This document shows, one piece after another, positions 6,967 to 13,459 of a stretch of DNA of 30,771 nt (positions are counted from its first letter, which is position 1; every line of letters begins with the position of its first letter). Both the position numbers and the translations under genes were made by a program. Source of the stretch: Minisyncoccota bacterium (lineage in GTDB: Bacteria; Patescibacteriota; Minisyncoccia; Phycocordibacterales; DASZYS01); contig DASZYS010000016.1 in NCBI GenBank assembly GCA_035545295.1, positions 1 to 30,771 on the forward strand, given 5' to 3'. The notes beneath the pieces are model-generated. The model was not told the origin of the DNA. It worked only from the letters and a program-made list of their open reading frames with translations, and made no database searches.

Positions 6967-7037
6967 TCGGGCTACCCGGTAACGCTCCGGGGCCTCATGC
7001 ACCCCATGCATGTATACTGCTTTTATACTATAGCCCG
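6967..7037 (-). tRNA. Atypical tRNA-Pro(GGG) with non-canonical D-loop and T-loop
   Basis: CGGGCTA TA GTAT AAAAGCA GTAT A CATGC ATGGGGT GCATG AGGC CCCGG AGCGTTA CCGGG TAGCCCG A. The acceptor, anticodon and T stems are perfect. It has the Pro identity elements C1-G72/A73 and the same arm lengths as the nearby tRNA-Pro(CGG). Confidence 0.85.
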
Positions 7038-7301
7038 TTTTGTTTTTGATAATCCAACCCTCACGGATAATTTTCTGGTGAAAATTTCCGCGAGCCTTAC
7101 AGGCTCTGTCTACTCATTCGCTCTCGAGGACTCGAGCTGAATGAGTCTTGCGGAAGCTGCCTATCGTCGCTTCCTCACCCGCCTCGGCTCAGTCAGCCTG
7201 CGGCCTTGCGAAGCTTCCCGTTGTCGCAGCTCGCTCGGGTCTCGCAAATTCTTTTCAGAATTTTTGCGGAAGTCCCCCGGACTTCCGGTCTTTGCTTTGT
7301 G

Positions 7302-7319
7302 GGGGTGCCGAGAATCGAA
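7302..7319 (-). repeat. 18-bp direct duplicate of the tRNA-Pro(CGG) 3' end (att-like scar)
   Basis: GGGGTGCCGAGAATCGAA at 7302-7319 is identical to 7344-7361. Confidence 0.85.
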
Positions 7320-7338
7320 TACTAAATCCTTGATAACT

Positions 7339-7412
7339 TGGTCGGGGTGCCGAGAATCGAACTCGGGTCTCACGAACCCGAATCGTGTATACTGCCCCTG
7401 TACTACACCCCG
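7339..7412 (-). tRNA. tRNA-Pro(CGG), CCA encoded
   Basis: CGGGGTG TA GTAC AGGGGCA GTAT A CACGA TTCGGGT TCGTG AGAC CCGAG TTCGATT CTCGG CACCCCG ACCA. Confidence 0.95.
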
Positions 7413-7450
7413 ACCAAGTTATCAAAGAGCCGCGGTCACGCGTATTTTTC

Positions 7451-7470
7451 CCTGCCTGCCGGCAGACAGG
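7451..7470. repeat. 20-bp palindrome CCTGCCTGCCGGCAGACAGG
   Basis: Near-perfect palindrome. A variant occurs at 16317-16336. Confidence 0.85.
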
Positions 7471-7611
7471 TGCTGAAAAATCACGCCGCGCCGCCTTGCG
7501 CCAGTCGCGCTCCGCCCTTGCGGAAGCTGCACGAACCCTCGCTTCCTCACCCCGGCAAAACCACCGAAATTGAGCCTTCACGGCTCCTATAAGATACAAC
7601 AATATAGACAA

Positions 7612-7648
7612 AAACAAAACTGTCCGCCAATTGGGGGCAGTTTTGTTT
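7612..7648 (-). terminator. Intrinsic terminator of the 78-aa gene
   Basis: AAACAAAACTGTCC ... GGGGCAGTTTTGTTT hairpin. Confidence 0.65.
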
Positions 7649-7680
7649 GAAAAGCTTTCTTCGGTACATTCTTCCGGAAT

Positions 7681-7917
7681 TTATTGCACGCTTGTCGGCA
7701 TTCCGGCGCCGCCATTTGCTCCGCCGCCGATATTACCCGCCGGAAGAGGCTGATTTGCCGGATACGCTCCTCCGCTCGAATTCGGAACGGCGAAGAACGC
7801 TCCCGCGAAGAGAAAGAGGAGAATGACGGCGAGAAGTATGATGAGGGCAATGATCCAGCCCATGCTGCCGCTTCTCTCCTTCTCAGTATGCTCGTGCTCG
7901 TGAACTATTGTTGCCAT
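7681..7917 (-). CDS. Small single-pass membrane protein (78 aa)
   Basis: Charged N-terminus, one TM helix (WIIALIILLAVILLFLFAGAFF), Gly/Pro-rich tail and host-like GC3 codon use. Confidence 0.7.
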   Translation of the reverse strand: MATIVHEHEHTEKERSGSMGWIIALIILLAVILLFLFAGAFFAVPNSSGGAYPANQPLPAGNIGGGANGGAGMPTSVQ

Positions 7918-8044
7918 ATTCGTGGATTGTTACGGCCGCGTTTGTTTCCGCTGCGACCTGTTCCGCACTATATCCAAACAGCATGAAAGAAGGATTAATT
8001 CTCTCCCTAGAGCGTCGGACAAACTGCCTGCGGCCTCGTGCGGC

Positions 8045-8593
8045 CTACTTCACGCATGCCGACCAAAGCCCGATCCCATCCGTGCGGGCGAGAGCCGCGG
8101 CATCCGCGAATTCTTTCGCGTGCGCGGTATCGGGCGGGATGGGCTCCGCCGTGGCGAATCCTTCCTTCACCAGCTCAAGATTGACGAACGTGCCGTCGGC
8201 GTAGACATAGCGCAGCAAGCGCCCGTATTTGTCCTTGTCCTCCGCGTCGGAAACGAGCGTCACGGCCTTTCCCGACACTAATTCCTTATTCCTCTCCGAC
8301 GCCTCCTTGCCGTAGCACTCAACCGGCTTGTCGGGATCGACGGTTTCCGGCGTGTCCATGCCGATGTAGCGGACGCGGGTTTTCACTCCTCCGATAAGCA
8401 CATCGATGGTGTCGCCGTCGACGACGTCCGCAACCTGGTACGTCCCCTGCATCGGAGCGGTCGTGGTCGCGGCGCCGTCGCGGTAGAAAATATTGCCGTG
8501 GATAAAATCAAGGTACCACAGTGAGCCATAGCCGAGGATCGCGGCAAGGATCGCGATGATGAAAAGTATAAAAATCGCCATTCGCGCGCTCAT
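8045..8593 (-). CDS. Membrane-anchored thermonuclease (SNase family)
   Basis: VVDGDTIDV, RVRYIGMDTPE, DKYGRLLRYVY, NLELVKEGFA, A..GLW. Start moved to ATG 8593 because TATAAT lies 6 nt upstream and the longer ORF overlaps mltG. Confidence 0.92.
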   Translation of the reverse strand: MSARMAIFILFIIAILAAILGYGSLWYLDFIHGNIFYRDGAATTTAPMQGTYQVADVVDGDTIDVLIGGVKTRVRYIGMDTPETVDPDKPVECYGKEASERNKELVSGKAVTLVSDAEDKDKYGRLLRYVYADGTFVNLELVKEGFATAEPIPPDTAHAKEFADAAALARTDGIGLWSACVK

Positions 8594-8659
8594 GCATTCA
8601 TTATATATGAGGATTATTTGCTGGACTGCGCCTGCGGGCACGATACAATAATATTCATA

Positions 8660-9685
8660 ATGGCTACGTCGAAGAAACGCGGAAAGATCCACCGCCTGAG
8701 CAGGCACGGAGCATATCTCATCGTGGGCATCGGCTGTCTTCTGGCCGTCCTCTGCGGCGTGCTCATTCTCTCGAAGCCCGACATTCCGTCGGAGGCGACC
8801 GACGGCAAGCAGGCCGCGAACGTGATCGTCGATCCTGGCGCATCGCCTCAGCAGATCGTCGGCAATCTAGCGAACCGCGGCCTCATCAAGAATCCCCTCT
8901 TTTTCCGCGCGGCGGTGGCGATCGCGAGCCTCTTCCATAAGGTGCAGGCCGGCGGCTACTACATCGCGCAGGGCATGAGCGACTGGGACATTTTCCGATC
9001 GCTCGCGAACCCGTCGCTCCGCTATGTGACGATCGCGGCGGGCATGCGCAAGCAGGAAGTGGCCGATCTTGTCGGCGACAAGCTCGACTGGGACACCGTC
9101 GAGAAGCGCGAGCTCGTGAATGCGAACATGGATCTCGGCGGGGACGATCTCGAAGGCAAGTATTTCCCCGGCACGTATCTCTTCCCCGACGACGCGACGC
9201 CGGAAGAAGTCGCCAAGCAGATGGTCGGCAACTACGAAGAGGAGATGGAGAAGATCAAGGCCAAGTACCCGAAATCGACGATCAACTACGATACCGCGCT
9301 CCTCATCGCCTCCATCATCCAGCGCGAGGCCGCGGGCAAGCAGGACATGCGCCTCATCTCCGGCATAATCTGGAACCGCATCTTCGACGGCATGAGTCTT
9401 TCCATGGATGCCACCGTCCAGTACGCCCGCGGCAAGACCGACGACGGCTGGTGGGCGCCGATCACAGCTTCCGACATCCGCACCATCGATTCCCCGTACA
9501 ATACCTACAAGAATGATGGCCTGCCGCCGACCCCGATCTCGAACCCCGGCCCCGACGCCATCGACGCGGCCATGAACCCGCAAAAGACGAGCTGCCTTTT
9601 CTACATCCACGACACCCATCACGTCATCCATTGCTCGGCCACCTATGCGGGGCAATTGAAGAATATCAACACCTATCTGAAATAG
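8660..9685 (+). CDS. mltG: Endolytic transglycosylase MltG (YceG family)
   Basis: N-terminal TM helix, EGKYFPGTY.F, ASIIQREA (catalytic Glu), DATVQY, SPYNTYKNDGLPPTPISNPG..AI.AA..P. Start set at ATG 8660. Confidence 0.92.
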   Translation: MATSKKRGKIHRLSRHGAYLIVGIGCLLAVLCGVLILSKPDIPSEATDGKQAANVIVDPGASPQQIVGNLANRGLIKNPLFFRAAVAIASLFHKVQAGGYYIAQGMSDWDIFRSLANPSLRYVTIAAGMRKQEVADLVGDKLDWDTVEKRELVNANMDLGGDDLEGKYFPGTYLFPDDATPEEVAKQMVGNYEEEMEKIKAKYPKSTINYDTALLIASIIQREAAGKQDMRLISGIIWNRIFDGMSLSMDATVQYARGKTDDGWWAPITASDIRTIDSPYNTYKNDGLPPTPISNPGPDAIDAAMNPQKTSCLFYIHDTHHVIHCSATYAGQLKNINTYLK

Positions 9686-9743
9686 CCCGAAACAGGGCCA
9701 TTTTCCGGAAATCCGGCCATTTTCGAAAATGCGCCGGAAAATA

Positions 9744-9772
9744 TTGATTTATCAATGATTGTGTGCTATCTT
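9744..9772 (+). promoter_or_regulatory. Sigma70 promoter of infC-rpmI-rplT
   Basis: TTGATT-17 nt-TATCTT with a TG extension. Confidence 0.7.
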
Positions 9773-9792
9773 TGTACCGTCTGATAAAGGCA

Positions 9793-10311
9793 ATCAATTT
9801 GAGCACACAAGTTCGTACAAATGAGCAGATACGCGCGGCAGAGCTTCGCGTCATAGGGCCTCAGGGTGAGAACCTCGGCATCATTTCCCTCGCCGAGGCG
9901 CTCCGCCAGGCCCGCGAAGCCAATCTCGACCTCATCGAGATCTCGCCTGCCGCCAATCCGCCCGTCGCGAAGATCGGCGATTACGGCAAATTCCTCTATG
10001 ACGCCAACAAGAAGGCGAAGGAGTCGAAGACCAAGGCGCACGTCATCGAGGTAAAGACCATCCAGATCAAGGTCGGCACCGGCGAGCACGACCTCGCCTT
10101 GAAGGCCAGGAAGATCTCCGAATGGATCGGCGAAGGCAACCGCGTGAAGATCGACCTTTTCCTTCCGGGAAGGACCAAGTATATGGAGCAGAAGTTCCTG
10201 GAAGAGCGCCTGGACAGGGTGCTCAAGCTCGTGAGCGAGCCGTACAAGATTGCCGACCCAGCAAAAAAGAGCCCGAAAGGCCTCACAGTAATCATCGAGA
10301 AAGATCGATAA
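9793..10311 (+). CDS. infC: Translation initiation factor IF-3 (non-AUG start, ATC 9793 or TTG 9799)
   Basis: NEQIRA.ELRVIG..GENLGI, LDLIEISP.A.PPVAKI.DYGKFLY and in operon with rpmI-rplT. There is no in-frame ATG before the conserved region. Confidence 0.93.
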   Translation: MNLSTQVRTNEQIRAAELRVIGPQGENLGIISLAEALRQAREANLDLIEISPAANPPVAKIGDYGKFLYDANKKAKESKTKAHVIEVKTIQIKVGTGEHDLALKARKISEWIGEGNRVKIDLFLPGRTKYMEQKFLEERLDRVLKLVSEPYKIADPAKKSPKGLTVIIEKDR

Positions 10312-10312
10312 C

Positions 10313-10498
10313 ATGAAAACGAATAAATCATACACGAAGCGCTTGAAGGTGACGAAGAAGGGCAAGATCATCGCTCGCAAGCCGGGCCACGACCACTTCA
10401 ATGCCAAGGAGAGCCGCCGCAAGCAGCTCAACAAGCGCCGCGGCGCGACGCTCACGATTTCCAACAAATCGCGCGCGCGCTTCCTGCCGGGCAACTAA
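10313..10498 (+). CDS. rpmI: 50S ribosomal protein L35
   Basis: MKTNKSYTKRLKVTKKGK...HFNAK, located between infC and rplT. Confidence 0.93.
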   Translation: MKTNKSYTKRLKVTKKGKIIARKPGHDHFNAKESRRKQLNKRRGATLTISNKSRARFLPGN

Positions 10499-10519
10499 TA
10501 ATTAATAATCTAGACTGAA

Positions 10520-10864
10520 ATGACACGCGTTAAGAAAGGAGTGAATGCGCTTAAGACGCGCCGCAATACTCTCAAGGCAACCAAAGGCTACCGTTTCGGC
10601 CGCTCGACCAAGGAGCGCCAGGCGAACGAGGCGATCGTCCACGCCGGCAAGTACGCTTTCGCGCACCGCCGCGACAAGAAGAACGACATGCGCCAGCTCT
10701 GGAACGTCCGCATCTCTTCCCTTTTGAAGGCGGAGGGCACGTCCTACAGCAAGTTCATCGGAGGACTCAAGAAGGCTAACATCGCTCTCGACCGCAAGGT
10801 CCTTGCGATCCTCGCCGCTGAGAATCCCGAAACCTTCAAGAAGGTGCTTGCTAAAATTAAGTAA
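10520..10864 (+). CDS. rplT: 50S ribosomal protein L20
   Basis: MTRVKKG, AFAHRRDKKNDMRQLW, SYSKFI.GLKKANI.LDRKVLA.LA. Confidence 0.97.
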   Translation: MTRVKKGVNALKTRRNTLKATKGYRFGRSTKERQANEAIVHAGKYAFAHRRDKKNDMRQLWNVRISSLLKAEGTSYSKFIGGLKKANIALDRKVLAILAAENPETFKKVLAKIK

Positions 10865-10892
10865 ATTAGTAACTAGTAGATAGTAGCTAGAG

Positions 10893-10942
10893 AAAATCGC
10901 CCCGTGGATGTCGCGCTTCGCGCTATCTCACGGGGCGGTTTT
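10893..10942. terminator. Long hairpin terminator between convergent rplT and the beta-CASP gene
   Basis: AAAATCGCCCCGTG...CACGGGGCGGTTTT with an internal GCGC-TTC-GCGC hairpin. Confidence 0.75.
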
Positions 10943-11020
10943 GTCTAAGTTATTTTAAGAGAATTGAATTGACCCCTTCTAATTACTATTTACTAATATC
11001 TACTAAGTACTGGCTACTCT

Positions 11021-12376
11021 CTACTTCAGCTCATAACCCTTCCCCGCTTCGGGAAAGATCGCGTCGACGCCGACGTAGTCGCGGAGGCGCTGGGCGAGAA
11101 ACATCGAGGATTTCGGCTCGCCCATGACGACGAATACCTTTTTGAGCTTTGATTTGCCTTCGTCGACAAACTCGAGGAGATGGTCGGAATCCTTGTGGCC
11201 GGAAAATCCTTCGATCATGTCGATCTGGGCGCGCACCTGCCTTTTTCGGCCGGAAATCCACGTCTCCTTCACTCCGTCCAGAAGCCTGCGCCCCAAGGAG
11301 CCCGGCGTCTGATAGCCCACCAGAAGAATGGTGCTTTTCGGATCCTCGATATGATCAGCTTCGTGGGATTGGATCCTGCCGCCCATAGACATTCCCGAGC
11401 CGGCAAGGATGATTTTCGGATTCGCGGTCTTCTCTATCGCCTCCGATTGCTCCCGCCGAAGGGTGAAGGAGAGCTTTGGGAAAGCGAAGATATCGTCTCC
11501 CGATGCGGCCACCCCCTTCGCCGTGTCGTTAAAAAGGTTTTCGTACCGCTTATAAACTTCCGTCACCTTGATCGCAAGCGGCGAGTCGACGAAGACGGGC
11601 ACCGAGGGGATCTTCTTCCGCTCGAAAAGATCGTTCAATTCATAGAGGATCATCTGCGTGCGCTCGAGCGAGAATGCGGGGATGACCAAGGCGCCGCCGC
11701 GGCGCATCGTCTCATTGATGACGCGCTCGAGCTTGTCGATGCGGCTGTCCCTGTTCTCGTGGTTGCGATCGCCGTAGACGCTCTCCATCACCAGGTAGTC
11801 GGCACCGTCGACGGAATCGGTGTCGCGAAGCAAGGGCGAGGGCGAATTGCCGAGATCGCCGGTGAACACGACGGTTTTTCCGCCTTTTTCGAAAAAAAAC
11901 ATCGTCGAGCCGAGCACATGGCCGGCATCCTTGAGTGTTACGGTATAGCCGGCCAATTCCGTCGGAACGTAATAGGAAACGGTTTTCCACATCGAAAAGG
12001 CAGCATCGATGTCGGCCTGCGAAAAATACGGCTCTTTGCCGAACCGCTTCGCGTCCTCCGCCATTATCGCGAAAGCGTCCGGCAGCATGAGTTCCGAGAG
12101 GTCCTTGGTTGCCGGGTGCGAATAGATGACGCCCTTGAAGCCGTCGCGAACGAGCTTCGGGATACGGCCGACATGGTCCATGTGGGCGTGCGTGACGAAA
12201 AGAACGTCGATGGACGCCGGATCGTAGCCGAACGGCTTGGCGTTTATGTCGAATTGGTCGGCGCTGTGGGCTCCCTGGGTCATGCCGCAATCGACAAGCA
12301 CGCGCGATTCTCCGTTTTCGAGGAGAAAATTCGCGCCCGTGACCGAGCCGACTCCGGAGTAGAACGTAACTTTCAT
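11021..12376 (-). CDS. MBL-fold/beta-CASP RNA-processing metallo-hydrolase
   Basis: LVDCG, THAHMDHVG, DAGHVLGS, FTGDLG, MESVYGDR, IPAFSLERTQ, GFSGHKD. Confidence 0.93.
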   Translation of the reverse strand: MKVTFYSGVGSVTGANFLLENGESRVLVDCGMTQGAHSADQFDINAKPFGYDPASIDVLFVTHAHMDHVGRIPKLVRDGFKGVIYSHPATKDLSELMLPDAFAIMAEDAKRFGKEPYFSQADIDAAFSMWKTVSYYVPTELAGYTVTLKDAGHVLGSTMFFFEKGGKTVVFTGDLGNSPSPLLRDTDSVDGADYLVMESVYGDRNHENRDSRIDKLERVINETMRRGGALVIPAFSLERTQMILYELNDLFERKKIPSVPVFVDSPLAIKVTEVYKRYENLFNDTAKGVAASGDDIFAFPKLSFTLRREQSEAIEKTANPKIILAGSGMSMGGRIQSHEADHIEDPKSTILLVGYQTPGSLGRRLLDGVKETWISGRKRQVRAQIDMIEGFSGHKDSDHLLEFVDEGKSKLKKVFVVMGEPKSSMFLAQRLRDYVGVDAIFPEAGKGYELK

Positions 12377-12423
12377 TATGCAGAAACTATATCATGCCCG
12401 AGCTTCCCGCGACAAAAATATGC

Positions 12424-12451
12424 AAAAATTCCGTACCATATGGTACGGAAT
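12424..12451 (-). terminator. Terminator of the candidate 6S RNA
   Basis: Perfect palindrome ATTCCGTACCATATGGTACGGAAT followed on the minus strand by TTTT. Confidence 0.75.
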
Positions 12452-12458
12452 CTTTGGC

Positions 12459-12613
12459 GGAGTTACATCAAATATTGCCTCTCGTTAAACGAGGTGGGTG
12501 CCCGCAACCGCATTCTTTTGAAATCTCAGACCGGAGCCGGAGTTCTCGGCAGAAGGAAGTTATAGTGGGCTCCCTGGCAGTTTGTTAAGGAGAAAATATT
12601 TGAATATAACTCC
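12459..12613 (-). ncRNA. ssrS: Probable 6S RNA
   Basis: 18-bp closing stem (GGAGTTATAT-T-CAAATATT / AATATTTG-ATGTAACTCC) and a pyrimidine/A-rich bubble. GGGAGCCC pairs with GGGCACCC, followed by the GGCACCCACCT motif and a small 3' hairpin. A TAGTAT -10 lies at 12619-12624 and a terminator follows. Confidence 0.75.
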
Positions 12614-12690
12614 TGCTTATACTATATCCCCGCTTTGTGAAATTTTCGAGTAGAAATCTTAAGATGATTGTGTTGTATTAAATTTCCAAT

Positions 12691-12789
12691 TTTTAATTTG
12701 CAATTTTCAATGAATTTTCAAATTTCAATACTTCAAATGTTTGAAAATTGTTTCATTGTGCCTTGATTGAAAATTGAGAATTGTAAATT
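12691..12789. repeat. 99-bp AT-rich palindromic dispersed repeat, copy 1
   Basis: 88/99 identical (aligned by hand, no gaps) to 25888-25986. Confidence 0.9.
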
Positions 12790-12795
12790 GAAAAT

Positions 12796-13398
12796 TTATT
12801 CCAAAATGCCGTCGAGATTCACGTCATAGAGGATTTCCTCCTGCACGAGGCGGTAATTCGTCACTTCCTCCGGCTTGAACCAGTGGGCGATTTCCATGTT
12901 CGCCTCCTCGACGGAGCCGGACGCATGGATGAGATTGCGGATGGCGCGCTTGTCGCCGTCGGACATCTGATAGGAATCGAGGACATAATCGCCGCGGATC
13001 GAGCCGACATCCGACGAGAGCGGCTCCGTCGAACCGACGAGCTTGCGGACGATCTTGACCGCGTGCGCTCCCTCGATGACCATCGCGATGACCGGCCCCG
13101 AGGTCATGTATTTCTTGAGATTTTCGAGAATCGCCGCGGTGATGGCGAGCGGGTCCTCGGAAGGAGGCGTGAGGCCCTTGTCGCGGTAGCCCTTGATGGT
13201 TTTCTCGCCGGTCACGGTGCGCCAGTTGGGATCGAGGGTATAGTGCTTCTCGACGTGCTCGGGAGTAGTGACAAGCATCTTCATTGCGACGAACTTCAGG
13301 CCGACGCGCTCGAGCCGTCCGATGATCTCTCCTACGAGGCTTCTCTGGATGCCGTCGGGCTTTATGATGACAAGAGTCCTTTCGTCTTTCGGATGCAT
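12796..13398 (-). CDS. ndk: Nucleoside diphosphate kinase (long form, 200 aa)
   Basis: ERTLVIIKPDGIQRSLVGEIIGR.E, GSIRGDY, RNLIHASGS (catalytic His). Confidence 0.95.
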   Translation of the reverse strand: MHPKDERTLVIIKPDGIQRSLVGEIIGRLERVGLKFVAMKMLVTTPEHVEKHYTLDPNWRTVTGEKTIKGYRDKGLTPPSEDPLAITAAILENLKKYMTSGPVIAMVIEGAHAVKIVRKLVGSTEPLSSDVGSIRGDYVLDSYQMSDGDKRAIRNLIHASGSVEEANMEIAHWFKPEEVTNYRLVQEEILYDVNLDGILE

Positions 13399-13425
13399 AG
13401 GATTTAAATCTTAATGTTGTGAAGC

Positions 13426-13458
13426 AGTATAGCAAAAAGCCCCCGCAGGCGCACGGAG
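13426..13458 (-). terminator. Terminator of the ATPase gene overlapping the extended -10 (TGcTATACT) of ndk
   Basis: Minus strand CTCCGT-GCGCCT-GCGGGG-GCTTTTT-GC-TATACT. Confidence 0.6.
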
Positions 13459-13459
13459 A

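Noticed and set aside
8618-8707. Apparent overlap of the thermonuclease and mltG starts
   Set aside because: It is an artefact of longest-ORF calling. Starts at 8593 and 8660, each with its own -10 box, remove it.
11180-12565. 461-aa antisense ORF
   Set aside because: It is a shadow of the beta-CASP gene and extends into the 6S-like RNA.
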